DNA of 64,000 nucleotides, taken from positions 4,092,001 to 4,156,000 of the forward strand of contig NC_089432.1 in NCBI RefSeq assembly GCF_026210795.1, written 5' to 3'. The position numbers and the translations under genes are program-made. The DNA is from Rhizophagus irregularis. Taxonomy: Eukaryota. Positions 37,601 to 51,683 of this stretch are shown one piece after another; within the stretch, counting starts at the first letter, position 1, and each line of letters opens with the position of its first letter. The notes beneath the pieces are model-generated. The model made no database searches and was not told the origin of the DNA. It saw only the letters and a list, made by a program, of their open reading frames with translations.

Positions 37601-38253
37601 ATTTTCCTATATGTTACTTATTTTTTTTTAAAAAATAATAATTTTGTAAATATATTTAATACAATATTTTATTTCTTTATTTAATAATAATAAAAAATTA
37701 AAAAAAAATTGGGGGAAAGAAAAAGGATAAAAAAAGAAATCAGTTTAAAAAAAAGGAATCTGAAAAAAAATAAGTACCGAAAAAAATCCTGAAAAAAAAC
37801 GGTCCAAAAAGAGTGAAAAAAAATTTTTTTAATAAAAATAACAATACGATCTAAAAAAAAAGATCGAAAAAAAATTAATATAAAAAAATCGGTCTTAAAA
37901 GACCGAAACATTAGGATTATTTAATAATAAAAAATATTTTTTTCAGTTTGGGAAAAAAAATTAAACCTAAACGGGAAAAGAATGAGAAAACAAATTTTTC
38001 GGTTTGAAAAAGGATGAAAAAATTTAAACCATTAATAATCAAAAAAAAATTTCTGATTCACATGGATCTATAGCATGGGATTTCAAGTTACACAATTCAA
38101 ACTATTTAAACTATTTATACATGCTCGTCTAAATGTTACGGTTACACATTGTATTTTTTTAGTTTATATATAGATGGTGATGATGGTGGAATATGTGAAA
38201 TGGAAGTCAGCAAAATGGCGTCTGTTAATTTCATCCCGGTGATGTACTATAAC

Positions 38254-38557
38254 TAGGGATGGAATCGGTTCAAATTGAGTCAACCCGAGTCGATTCTGGA
38301 ACCGATCTTAAATTTAAAAGGTTCTGGATCTCTTTTAGCTTTAAACTACTTTTAACCATAAAAACCGTTCTGAACTTCGAACCGACTTCAAGAACCGTCT
38401 CAAATTGGTCATCTGACAATCACACACCAACTCCAACTATCATTTAAAGGCCAATCAAAATTTTTCTGATTGATCATCATCACATGCTCTACTTGTGTCT
38501 CATATTTTTATTAGAGCAGATGTGGAATTAGAACCGACGAACCGATTTTCATCCCTA
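38254..38557. mobile_element. hAT-type MITE
   Basis: TAGGGATGGAATCGGTTC / GAACCGATTTTCATCCCTA; 8-bp TSD ACTATAAC/ACTGTAAC; empty site at ~4290. Confidence 0.85.
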
Positions 38558-38746
38558 ACTGTAACCCATTACGTCATCTTAATGTAATCAAATTATTAAA
38601 TTAATGCCAAATAAGTTCAAAGAATCAGTAAGATATTCGATAGTTTAGATTCAACGTCTGTCTGACGGTAGTATATATTTTATTTCTCTCAAATTTTTTA
38701 TATTATCATTATAATTTGAACTCTTTCTTCAAACACATTATCATCT

Positions 38747-38850
38747 CCCTATAAAAAATTTTCAGAAAAATGATCACGTGTCTGAGTTTCTTCGGAATAA
38801 AAACTAGTATAAAAATGATCAGTTTTTTTCAGAATTTTTTTTTTATAGGG
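38747..38850. mobile_element. ~100 bp CCCTATA...TATAGGG MITE
   Basis: TSD TCT; related copies at ~42812, ~44000, ~62043 and ~62454. Confidence 0.7.
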
Positions 38851-40407
38851 TCTGAGCCTGATAGATCACAGTTATTATTAGTAAATATATTTTTAAACTG
38901 TATCCAGACTTTCCGCTAAGTTTGTATTACTGAAACTAATTCCGCCGAGCCGAAGTGGAAGTTTCAGATTTAATATTATCCAATCAAAATTTATCCCGTT
39001 TTAATTTATTTAGGGTGATGATAAAGATTTTAATGTAGTATATTTGATATCAAATATTTAATTAACATCTTTCATAAAAATAATTGATATCTTTGATTAA
39101 TTATTTAATTATTTTTAATTAATAGTAAACAATTAATATCAAATACACCTTTGACAAATTTATAATTATTTTTGAAGAAATTATATATAACATTAATCAA
39201 ATGATTTTTGTAAAATAATTGACCTTATTAAAATTTTTTAATAATAATGAGATACTAATGAGATTATTGAAGAATTTTTTGTTTTCGTACTAAAACATTT
39301 TAGTTGTCATCTTTCCAAGAATTTCGGTAATTTTTTTCTCCTGATTAAATACATTATTTATCACGGATTATTTTCCAATTAGTAAATAGACATGAATATA
39401 AAGATTCTTCAGTTTATTTCTGAAAAATATTCCAAGATTTCTTAATAATACAATACATACTTTGGATTGTTTTCTTTTTTATTTAAAGGTAAAAAAAATT
39501 GAACAAAGAACATAATTTCATATTATGCAATTTAATTTATATTTATAATTATATATTTCTTTTTATTCTAATCCCTTCGTCATGATTATCTTTAAGAAGA
39601 ATATGACTTCTTTATAATTGTTTTGCTTTGTATTCTATTTTCGCTAAAATTTAATTTATCTTCGTTTAAAAAATCACCAATATAAATGATAACTTAGAAA
39701 AAAATTAAATGGATAATTATTTAAGTGAATATTATTAAACTAATTAACTAATATGTGCCATATTATTGAAATTCTCATTCAATTTAGGTATGGAACTCCA
39801 ATATTATGAAGAATTAAATTCTGCGAAAGAAAGGCCTTTGAATGATTAAAATACTAAAATATAAATAAATTAGAAATGAAATGTTACACGATTAAAATTA
39901 ATCATTGCATTAAATAATTGTTAGTAATAAGTATATTTGTAATTAAGGTTAAAAACTTTTAATTAAAATATTTATTCTTTTTTTTTTTATGAGAAAGTTA
40001 GAAAAGCTAAAATGATCTTTTCAAAAATCATTTTGTATATAAAATATCGAAAACTGACTAGTAACTTTCTTTTATTTTCAGCTTTAAGATTTATGTTTTA
40101 CTTATTTATTATCTTTTTACAATTGAGATTTTCCCTATAATTTATTTAATAAAATAGAAAGAATGCAAGCAATAAATTTTTGCATTTTTAAATTTTTAAT
40201 ATTTGAAAGAAATTTTAATTTAAAAAGAAAGATATTATGACATACACAAAAATGATTATATAAAATAGATAAAATTATAACAATCTATTTTTCATATTTT
40301 TAAAGCATTATATTTATAATCTTATAAAAAAAAATACTGTACGTAATTCTGTAAATAAATTATTTAAAGTTTTTACAATTTAATAATTCAAGGAAAACTA
40401 TTATAAA

Positions 40408-41439
40408 TTATTGGTTTTCTTGTAGTTTCTTTAAGCTATTTTGTGCATCTTGATCTCCTTGTTTAGCACATTTTTCATACCAATAAATTGCTTTATTTAT
40501 ATCTTTTGTAATTCCATCTCCTTTTTCATATGTTAAAGCAAGATTATATTGTGCTACATCATCTCCTAAAATTGCAGCATTTTGATATAATTCAAATGCC
40601 TTTTGTTTATCAATTATAGTTCCAATACCATTATCATAACAATATCCTAGCATTATTATTCCTCCTAAATATCCTCCTTCAGCTGATTGCTTATACAATT
40701 CAAAAGCTTTATTACAATCTTTTTCAATACCAATTCCATTTCTATAACAATCAGCAAGATTATATATTGCCATTAGGCTACCATTATTTGCAGCTACTTC
40801 ATACCAATAAAAAGCTTTTTTTAAATCCTTTTCAACACCTATTTCTTTTTCATAACAAAAACCAAGGCTTACTTGTCCAGGTGTAAAATTTTTATCAACT
40901 GCTTTTTCATAATATTCAATAGCTAACTTACCATTTTCCATAGTTCCTTTTCCATAAAAATAACATTCACCAACAAAATATTGTGCTAAAATATGATTTT
41001 TTTCTGATGCATTAATAAACAAATGAAATGCGCTTTCCTCATTTTTATTTATTTCAATTCCATAATAATCAAAATATCCTAGAATAAAAATAGAATTTGA
41101 ACTATTTTTATTATCTAATAACCAATTATAAAATTCTTGTGAATTTAAATCATAATTATTAAAATATTCAATAACTTGTTGTTTAACTGAATTTATTACA
41201 AGTCCTTTATTTATTTTTTTAAAAATAAAATCATGTATTTCATCAACTATAATGTTAAAATCTTCAATTGCAAAATTTTCTTGTTTATTTAATCTTGCTA
41301 TAGGATCAATTTCTTTAATAATTATTTTATCAAAATTTTGAATAAGTTGAGATATATCTCCTTGTAATTCTGAATTATTAGTACTTAAAGAAGTATCATT
41401 AAATTCTTGTTCATTTGTATACTCCTCGGTATCTTGCAT
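40408..41439 (-). CDS. Kinase-less Sel1-like repeat protein (intact)
   Basis: Intronless ORF from ATG MQDTEEY at 41439 with the full Sel1 repeat set. Confidence 0.92.
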   Translation of the reverse strand: MQDTEEYTNEQEFNDTSLSTNNSELQGDISQLIQNFDKIIIKEIDPIARLNKQENFAIEDFNIIVDEIHDFIFKKINKGLVINSVKQQVIEYFNNYDLNSQEFYNWLLDNKNSSNSIFILGYFDYYGIEINKNEESAFHLFINASEKNHILAQYFVGECYFYGKGTMENGKLAIEYYEKAVDKNFTPGQVSLGFCYEKEIGVEKDLKKAFYWYEVAANNGSLMAIYNLADCYRNGIGIEKDCNKAFELYKQSAEGGYLGGIIMLGYCYDNGIGTIIDKQKAFELYQNAAILGDDVAQYNLALTYEKGDGITKDINKAIYWYEKCAKQGDQDAQNSLKKLQENQ

Positions 41440-41715
41440 TTTAATATTATTGAGCGTTATCAAATGTATTGAATAATGATAAGTTAACGATAACAATAAA
41501 GTTAAGGAAAAAGTTAAGGAAAAAGTGAAAGTAAAAGTATTAAAGTTTTATTGTGTATACCTATTTTATATTTTTTTTTCTCCGATGATAGTCGTACAAG
41601 CGTACAGTGTGATTTAGTATTACCTGTTACCAAACAAACAGACTTTGGTACCGCAGCAGTATTCACTTACATAATGACGTCATCAAGAAATTTTGAAAAA
41701 AAAAAATTACTATAA

Positions 41716-41954
41716 GGCCGGGCAAAAAAAATTTTTAGATTCTCGTGACATAAAATTTTAAAAATGACCCGGCCGGCCGGTATTTTTTTTTTATATATGT
41801 AAAATTTTTTCATGTGTGAAATTTATTTACGCACATTGGCCAAAAACTTAAAATCACGTGATAAAAATTTTATACTATAAAAAAAAAATTTTCCATTTTT
41901 CGAAAAACTGATCCGGCCGGATCACGAGAATCTAAAATTTTTTTTTGCCCGGCC
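41716..41954. mobile_element. PIF/Harbinger-type MITE
   Basis: GGCCGGGCAAAAAAA... long TIRs with TAA on both sides. Confidence 0.8.
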
Positions 41955-42986
41955 TAAATTATAACAATAATATTATTAAATGTCGTACCGTAAAAAGAAT
42001 ATATTAAAAGTATTAATCACATAATTATTTACAGAGTATTATTATAAGATATATACAACTCTCTTCTTGATAAAAATATTCGTTATAAAGGCTGACGTTA
42101 TTTGAATAAAATGAATAAATGATCCCTACCATAATCATTCCAACAAGTTATAAGATGAAATAAGAATATTCTAATTTATCAAAAGTATTACTATTATAAA
42201 GTTTACACTATATTGTTTAGAATATTTAAAATATAATTTAATCTAATATAAATGTAATAAATATTATTTTTGAAAAAAATTCTAATGGCTTTCTTCTCAT
42301 TACTTTCTATAAAATTAAAAAATTTCTAATTAAAATTAGAAAATTTTTATTCTCCAATTAAATGAATATTAATTAAAAAGGGTGATGATGATTTTATGGC
42401 TAATAAATGTAAAATTCAAGTTTTTGTAAATAAATATCTTTTAAACTACTATTATCAAACTACTATTATCAATCATTGCGTCCGTATTCACCGATCTATT
42501 TTACCGACATAAATTATGCCGGCATCATTTTGCCTACTTGCCATTTCATCGCACAAGCCATGATCATCATAGTGAAATACAGTATTAAATCAATAAGAAA
42601 GCAAGAAATATTTTCAATTATATAAATTTTTTTGTTTCTAAATTCTAACCGTTCTATTTGAAAAAAAAAAAAATAGAGAAATGATTACAAAGAAATAATT
42701 AGATTAGCGCTATATAATCTTACATTTCGGAACTTGAAATAACTTGAATTAAGGCGCAGTAAAGAGTGAGCGCAGCTAATAAATTGGTAAGCTGGTAATT
42801 TTAAAACGGAATCCTATAAAAAATTTTTCAGAAATGATCACGTGACTGAGTTTCTTCGGAATAAATTGATCATTTAAAGAAGTTTTTTTCATATAGGGAG
42901 TAGGTAAATTTCATATCGGTAAAATGAATGGCGTCGGTTAATTTCATGCAATTGAAATGGCCGTAACCCGATACGTCATCTTAATA

Positions 42987-43786
42987 CACAAGACTACAAT
43001 AAATTACCGGATTTCTTTAAAAATGCTTGGTAATTTTCATATTGCATGAAAGTTTATAAATTTCTGATGAAATCGTTCAAATTTTTTTTTATTTGAAAGC
43101 TAGTCCATTGTAGATTTTAAATTTTAAATAAAAAAAGGATATTTTATAGTATGGAAAAAAATTGTCTAATTGTTAATTATGACAGCCTTTTTTAGAATTA
43201 TTTTGTATATTTATTTACATAGATAGGTTTTAGAATGTCAATTATATAACATTTTTAATTACATTTTTAAAAACTACAACTGATTAGCTTTCAAATAAAA
43301 AAAAATTTATTAAAATCTATTGAAAATTGACAGATTTTTGTATATCTAGAAAAATGCCAATTTTACTGAAAATTACTAATAAACTTGAAAAATAATAGTA
43401 AAATATAGTAAAATAGGCATTTTTTAAGATATATACAAGTCTGTCAAATTTTAACAGATTATAATAATTATTTTTTTATTTGAAAGATAATCAATTGTAG
43501 TTGTTAAAAATGCAAATAAAAATGGTTGACATATTTGAAATTTTAAAAGTTATCTATGTGCAAATAAATATATATAATAACCTCAAAAAGTTATCATATT
43601 TTATAATCAGATAATTTTTTTTATATCTTATAAACATTTTTTTTATTTAAGATATAAAATCTACGAAGGATTATCTTTCAAATAAAAAAAAATTGAGTGA
43701 TTTCATCAAAAACTTATGTATTTTTATGCAATGTGAAAATTACCAAGCATTTTTAAAGAAATCCGGTAATTTATTGTAGGCTTGTG
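42987..43786. mobile_element. 800-bp foldback element (CAC...GTG ends, TA TSD)
   Basis: Almost the whole element is an imperfect palindrome starting CACAAGACTACAATAAATTACCGGATTTC. The empty site CTTAATATAATC is seen at ~4311 and ~62221. Confidence 0.85.
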
Positions 43787-44898
43787 TATAATCAAAACTA
43801 TGAAAACAAATTTTAATCCTGTTAAATTAATGCCAATCACAAGGTTCAAAAATTCTCAAAGAATTAGAAAGATATTTTATAGTTTAGATTCAACATCTGT
43901 CTGATGCGTAGTATAGGTTTTATTTCTCCCAATTTTTTTTTTGCGGGTATTTATATTATCATTATAATTTGAACTCTTTCTTCAAACACATTATCATCTC
44001 CCTGTAAAAAATTTTTCAGAAAAATGATTACGTATCTAAGTTTCTTCGGAATAAAAACTAGAAAAATGATCATTTATCTGTGTTTTTTCCAGAATTTTTT
44101 TAGTTATTATTGGCAAATATATTTTTGAAAGGTATCGCTAGTTCGTATTACTGAAACTCATTCCGCCGACGGAAGTTATTTTGCCGAAGTAAAATTTCGC
44201 TGAAGTGACATCAAGTTTTCAGATTTAATATTAGTTATCCAATCAAAATTAGTAATTTATTAAAGGTGATGATAAAGATTTTAATGTAGTAAATTCGATA
44301 AAAATAGTTGATATTTTTGATTAATTATTTTTAATTAACAGTAAACAATTAATATCAAATACACCTTGGACCAATTTATTATTATTTTTGAAGAAATTAT
44401 ATATATAAATTACTAACCTTAATTAAATGAGAGATTTTTGGAGAATTTTTTGTTTTCTTATTAAAACATTTTAGTTATCATCCTTTCAAGAATTTCGGTA
44501 ATTTTTTTCTCCTGAATAAATGCATTATTTATCACGGATTATTTTCTACTAGTAAATATACATGAATATAAAGATTCTTCAGTTTATTTCTGAAAAATAT
44601 TCCAAGATTTCTTTAATAATAGTACAATCCATACTTTGGAAGTGACCTATTGTTTTCTTTTTTATTTAAAGGTAAAAAATTGAACAAAGAAAGCGACTTA
44701 TTCATAATTTCATATTATGCGATTTAATTTATATTTATAATAATTATATATTTTCTTTTTATTCTAATCCCTCTGCCATGATTATCTTTAAGAATATTTA
44801 TGACTTCTTTATAATTGTTTTCGCTAAAATTTAATTTATCTTCTCTTAAAAAATCACCTATATAAATGATAAATTAGAAATAAATAAATGGATAATTA

Positions 44899-45146
44899 CT
44901 GTATATCGCGGGCCACAGTACCCCACAAATTTCGGAGGTTTGGCCGATTTGCCTGTACCCCCCCCCCTATTACGCGAATTTTTACTATTAATAGAGGGTG
45001 TTTAAACTTATAAAATAATTAGGATATTGTTACACGTCACACCTAAGATATTTGCTGGATTACTTAAGTAATAAAATCAATGGAGAATGTGACTTCATTT
45101 TTGAGGGGTACTATACATAGGGGGTACTATGGGCCGCGATATACGG
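44899..45146. mobile_element. Tc1/mariner/pogo-type MITE
   Basis: CTGTATATCGCGGGCCACAGTACCCC / GGGGTACTATGGGCCGCGATATACGG with TA flanks. Confidence 0.82.
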
Positions 45147-45763
45147 TACTTAAATGAATATTTATATTAAACCAATTTATAACTAATATGTGCCATATTA
45201 TTGAAATTCTCATTAAATTTAAGTATGGAACTCCAATATTATGAAGAACTAAATTCTGTGAAAGGAAAGCCTTTGAATGATTAAATACTAAAATATAAAT
45301 AAATTAGAAATGAAATGTTACACAATTAAAATTCAGTAATAAGCATTTCATTTTTATGATTGTTGGTAATAAGTATAGTTATTATAAGTAAGGTTAAAAA
45401 CTTTTAATTAATTAATTTATTCATTCTTTTTCTTTTTTTTTTTATGGGAAAGGTTAGAAAGCTAAAATGATCTTTTCAAATATCAAAAACTGACTAGCAA
45501 CTTTCTTTTATTTTTAGATTTAAGATTTACGTTTTACTTATTATTATCTTTTTACAATTGAGTTTTTCCCTAAAATTTATTTTTTAAAAAATAAAAAGGA
45601 TGCATTCAGTGCAAGCATTTAATTTTTGCATTTTTAAATTTTCAATGTTTGAAAGAAATTTTAATTTTTAAAAAAAGATACTATGACATACACAAAAATC
45701 TAAAAGAAATTTACTATATAAAAATGATTATATAAAATAGATAAAATTATAACAATCTATTTA

Positions 45764-48700
45764 CTTTGCAGAAACTTGATGATTTGCGACCTAGCCATCA
45801 CAAGATCGATCTAAATTCACATCGATCACGTGGCGGCATGTTATCTTTGCGAAATTTTTACGATTCGTAAAAATTTTGTCAACTTATCGTCAATAAATAG
45901 TTTCGTAATAACTTCGAATTGTAATAAAAGTATTAATAAATTAGTGGTTAAAGTAGGAGATTAGGCGAAAAAATTAATTAAAGACGTTTTATCAAATTAT
46001 TAGATAATATTCAACGAAGCTTATTATTTGATATAATAAATCAAATTTTATTTAATTATTGTAATAATTGTAACAGCAATTTTCATTGTAATAATACATT
46101 GTAATAGAAATGACTAATAAAAACGCAAATAATAAAAATATATATTTTTGTAATAAAACAATCATTGTAAAATGCAGTATTTAATAAAATTCACTATATT
46201 TTAATAAAAATGTTATATCTAACCGAATTTTTATAATTGTAAATTATTAGCGAAGTTTCAGCCATTTCTAAATGAAACTGCTAAATTTTTTGTCATTACG
46301 TCCAAAGTTTTCAGTCTTTCTGGATCTCTGGTATTATAATTAAAAATTACAGCTTTTTTAACGAGATTATTTAAATAAATCATTGAATCTTCTCTTCTTA
46401 AATCATCAATTTTCACAGCATTCAACCAGCGTCATAATACAATTATTATTTTTCTTCATCAATAAAATCATCAATAACTTCTTTCTGCATTAAAGTTGTT
46501 TCAAGAATACCTTGTCACAAAATATTATTATTATATTTCGGTTAAATAATCATATCTGTCAATTGAAAGCTGAAATGAAAAAGAAAAGAAATAATTACTT
46601 GTTTCTTTTTTCTTTGAACGAATTGACCAATTTTTTTATCCCGTCAAGAAACTAGTTTCTGAAATCTCCAAATTACCTAAACCTGATCCTTAATAACCAT
46701 TCTAAACCTTCAACTGAGTTAAGATTGCACTTGATTTATTTGTCGTATCAACTCCTCAAGAGCATGTTTTGGAGGATTTCTGACACACAAGAAGAAACAT
46801 TTGATTTTTCTAAAAAATTGCAACTGGTCATTGACTGTAAGTATCAAAATAATAGTGTTAGTGGCTTTTAGTGGCTTTTAGTGGCTTTTTTAAGCAATTA
46901 AAACAAAAATCAAATAATTCTTACTTTGTCTTCTTGCAATGGTGATTGCAATTGTAATGCTGTTGGATTTGCTAAATTTGATGATGTGAACTGTTGCCCA
47001 TTTGCGAAAGATGTTTGCATTGATGAATATATAGCATTATTAGCAAATTGAAGAACATTTGGATTCGCACATAGCCAAGTGGTGAGCTGAAAGATCGTAT
47101 CTATGTCATTAAAACATGGTGGAAGTGTAGGAGAAGCAGATGTATTACAAACATAAAGAAGCTGATGTATTTAAATCTCTTGATTCTGGACGCGAATGAG
47201 CTGATACACTATCAAGTTAATCTGTATTTCTATGAACTTCACGTAAAGGAGTTGATGTATCCAAATTCCTAGATCTTGAAACTTCACGTAAAGAAATTGA
47301 GAGATCCGAATTCCTAGATTTTGAACGTAAAAGAGCCAATGAATTTTCAAGATCGTCTGTATTTCTAGTTGATATATCTGAATTCCTAGATCTTGGAACT
47401 TCATGTAAAGGAGTTGAAAGATCTGAATTTCTAGACATGAAGGAGCCAATGAATTTTCAAGATCATCTGTATTCCTATTAATTTCTTGTAAAGATTCTGG
47501 ACATGAAGCTGATGTACTATCAAATTCATCCATATTTTTATGAATATCACGTAAAGAAGCTGATGTATTCAAAGCCCTAGATTCTGGACGTGGAGCTGAT
47601 GCACTATCAAGATCATCTAAAAGATAGAAGTACACATTGTTTATTTGGAGATAACAAATTAAAAGGACAAGAAAATGATTATTCCATTAAATCTTTACCA
47701 TAATCACTATCTTCTAAAATTTCATTTAAAAGATGTGGATTTTTTTTAGTAAGAGATGTGTCACTTTTTTAACGTCCATGTCCACAGCTACGTCCACAGT
47801 TAGCAGTTTGAAATTGTTCATCTTGAGATGTATTATTTCGTCCACGTTCACGTTTGGTTTTGGATTTTTTGTGAGAAGATTCATCTTTTCTAGTACTGCT
47901 ACATCTATGAGTTTGAGGCATTTTTAATTTGAATATTTATGTAAATAAAATATTTATTTTATTTTATTTGTCAAATATCTCTTGATTAAAAATTAAATAA
48001 TATTTTTTTTTGCTAATCATGTACTTAAAAATTGATCTTAAATAGTATTTTTTTTTTTCGCTAATCATATACAAATTAACTAATTATGTCAGTATGTATT
48101 TTTAGTTAATTTAGACTATATTTAGTTAGTTTAATTCAATACGTAGTACTTTTTATACTTTTTTAATTTAGTATAAAAATTAATCAAATTATGTCAGTAC
48201 GTATTTTATTTAAATTAGTCTATATTTAGTTAGTTTAATTCAATATACAATATTTTTTTCGTATGCTTTTTTTTAATTTAATATAAAAAGTTAGTTAATT
48301 TCTACTGACTATTTAATTAATTTATACTATAATAAGCTGGTTTAATCAATGTACAGCACTTATTTTCGTATACTTTTTCAATTAATATAAAAGCATTAGT
48401 CAAATAAAGTTTGATTATTTTCTTTTATTATGATATTATGTAATTGATTTAAATAAAATATTACAAGCATCATACGAAATAAATTGATTTTTCACACACT
48501 TCTTTTACTTGTTAAAATGTTTCGAAATCGTTATACTTCATTTAATCCACATCATACTTATATTAGATACTGTCATAGCAAAATTAAAAGGTATCTTTAC
48601 AAATATCAAATGAAGAAAATGAAAGAAATGCATCTGAAGATACAATACAGATATACGTTCATTTTTCTGAAAAATTTTTTATAGATGTAGTATTAGAACT

Positions 48701-50542
48701 GGCTCACCCTTTAGAACAATTATTTTGAACACTTGGGCTCCAGTATAGATCAGTATTTTGGCGCACTGCTTTCATCCCACCTTCCCATTCAGCACTAGTA
48801 AGAAGATAATGAATGGAATAACCCTTTTTAGCTGTTCTTTTTATTTTCCAACAGGACGCTTATATTTTGTGGATGTCTTAGACTCCACTCGCTCCAGTAT
48901 GATAGCTTCTAGTATAGACATGATTTCTATTTTTCAGTTCCTGGTATACAAATGACGTAGGAGAATTATTTTAGATACTTGCAATTGTATGGGGATATTT
49001 TATCATTGAAATTATTAATATTTTACTTTTATTACTTTTATTATCATTGATTAGTTTGAATAGTGGCTCCTTGAAAGCTCAAGTTGAACAAAGCCAAGTT
49101 GAACTGGCAGGCTGATGGGACTGATGGAGTCATGGCAATTTATTATTAAAAAAAAAAAGATATCAGATTTTTTTGTGTACTTCAATGATCAGACTAAATT
49201 ATTACTGATACATTTTTTTTTAAAAAAAGACATTAAAAAAAAAGATAATGTTTTTTTAGACCAAGTTTTTTACATTTTCTATATATTCTATATACTCGGT
49301 TTTATTTTTAACTATTCTTGTGTTCATTTTATTTTTAGATTTAGAGAACTATGGAAAGTAAAATGGTCAGAAGAGAGTGTTGTAATTTTTACAGAAAAAT
49401 ATTAACTATCTTTTTCTTTACTATTTAGGACATGAATACCAAGTTTTTGGACTTGTGAACTTTGGATTTAAGACATAAAAAGTATGTTGGTTAGAATTTA
49501 GAAGTAGGAGAGTATAATGATTAATTTATTTGTGTGCATTTTTTTTTTTATTTTTTAGGGCGCATATTTATTGGAATACCAGTTTTGGATGTCTGAAGTT
49601 CCAATTTCTGAACATGGAAGGTGGGTTGGTTGAAATTAGAGAAATTTAGGAAACGTTAGTAGAATGTTACTAATGTTTCTTTCTTATTTTATAGGTACCG
49701 GCTCCTTAGGTAAAGGGAATGGAAGGTTATATTATTATTGAAAGAAAAGATATTATTATCTTTTCTTTTATTTTAGGTGAGCACAGCCAACTGGGGAGCT
49801 AGAGAGGGATTAATTCTTGAAATGGTACTTACGTTTTTTAATTTCTTTTATGAAAATTACAAAAATTAGATCGAAATATAATATTAGTTTCATCGACTCC
49901 ATTGACCCCATTGACCCCTATCGGCTTATTTTTTCAAGCCGAACTGAACTGAATGACTTCGGAGCATCAAGTCAAACCAAATTGACCCCATCAGCACGGT
50001 TCAGTGCGGCTTGGACTTAACTTAATAGTGTACATTTGTAACAGTCATGATCTTAGAAACGATATGTACATTCAAAATATGTATTATTATAATATTAGAT
50101 ATTAATTATTTAAAGTTTCGAAAATAGTACTTTAATACAATTATATTTAATTTTTACAATTTTCATAATATCAATTTATTAAATTTTTAAAATTTTGATA
50201 ATAAATTGTTAATATCCATAATATTAATTTATTTAATTTCGATAATACTAATTTACTAATTTATTAAAATTTTAATAATATTAATTTAACTATAATTTAT
50301 AATTTCGATAATGTAAATTTAAAATTTCGATAATATAAATTTAAAATTTTTTATTAATATATTTATGGCTTCGAAATGAAATCGATTAAAATAAACTATC
50401 GATCATCTTAATATGCAGTAACTGCATCTTGAAGAATTTTAATTAAGTCGAAACTGAGTTTTGACCATAACTTTGCTTTAAATTTAATATGAACATGCGA
50501 TTTGGTCAAGATTTGGTTTCGGTTTAAAAAATTTCTGCAAAG
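45764..50542 (-). mobile_element. 4.8 kb non-autonomous relative of the 8.9 kb transposon
   Basis: 11-bp TIR CTTTGCAGAAA / TTTCTGCAAAG and TA duplication; empty site visible at ~6087-6112. It contains a homolog of accessory gene B and no visible transposase. Confidence 0.85.
46231..47921 (-). pseudogene. Decayed homolog of accessory gene B
   Basis: TIFQLTTWLCANPNVLQFANN aligns to NLLDICNWLVKRPQILELANQ, KCFFLCVRNP to KCLFLRIRNP, FGDFRN to LGDFRN, and LDVMTKNLAVSFRNG*NFA to LDVMTKDLVIPSRSGYNLA. It has R/S-rich repeats, the same intron phases, and several stops and frameshifts. Confidence 0.82.
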
Positions 50543-50655
50543 TATTTATATTTTTAAAGCAGTATATTTATAACCTTGTAAAAAAAAATACTGGAATTCT
50601 GTAAATAAATGATTTGGAGTTTACAATTTAATAATTAAAGAAAAATTACTATAAA

Positions 50656-51683
50656 TTATTGATTTTTTTGAAGTTTCTTTAATTTATTTTGTGCATCTTG
50701 ATTTCCTTGTTTGGCAGATTTTTTATACCAATATATTGCTTTATCTATATATTTTGTAATTCCATCTCCTTTTTCATACATTAAAGCAAGATTATATTGT
50801 GCATGTACATCATTATGTCCTAAATTTGCAGCATTTTGATATAATTCAAATGCTTTTTGTTTATCAATTTTAGTTCCAATACCATTACTATAACAATATC
50901 CTAGCATCATTATTCCTCCTGAATATCCTCCTTCAGCTGATTGCTTAAACAATTTAAAAGCTTTATTATAATTTTTTTCAATACCAATTCTAAGATGCCA
51001 AGATTATATATTGCCATTAAGTTTCCACTATTATTTGCAGCTTTTTTATACCAATAAATTGTCTTCTTTAAATCTATTTCAACACCTATTCCTTTTTCAT
51101 AACAATAACCAAGACTTAACTGGCCATATGATAAATTTTTATTAGCCACTTTTTCATAATATTCAAAAGCTAATTTATCATTTTTTGTAGTTCCATTTTC
51201 ATATAAATAACATCTACCAACAAAATATTGTGCTAAAATATGATTTTTTTCTGATGCATCGATAAACAAATTAAATGCTTTCTCATTATTTTTACTTGTT
51301 GCAATTCCATAATAATTAGAATATCCAAGTAAAAAAATAGAATTTAAACTATTCTGATTATTCAATAACCAATTATAAAATTCTTGTGAATTTATATTAT
51401 GAACATTAAAATATTCAATAACTTGTTGTTTCACTGAATTTGCATTAAGTCCTTTATTTAATAATTTAAAAATAAAATCATGTATTTCATCAACTATAAT
51501 GTTAAAATCTTCAATTGCAAAATTTTCTTGTTTACTTAATATTACCATAGGATCAATTTCTTTTATGTTTATTTTATCAAAATTTTGAATAAGTTGAGAT
51601 AAATCTCCTTGTAATTCTGAATTATTAGTACTTAAAGAAGTCTCATTAAATTCTAGTTCATTTGTATACTCGGTATCTTGCAT
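50656..51683 (-). pseudogene. Kinase-less Sel1 gene with a frameshifting ~10-bp deletion near 50990
   Basis: Two overlapping ORFs (50910-51707 and 50656-50952). ATC TTA GA ATT GGT here versus ATC TTA TAT GAA GAT GGA ATT GGT in the 28481 paralog. Confidence 0.88.
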
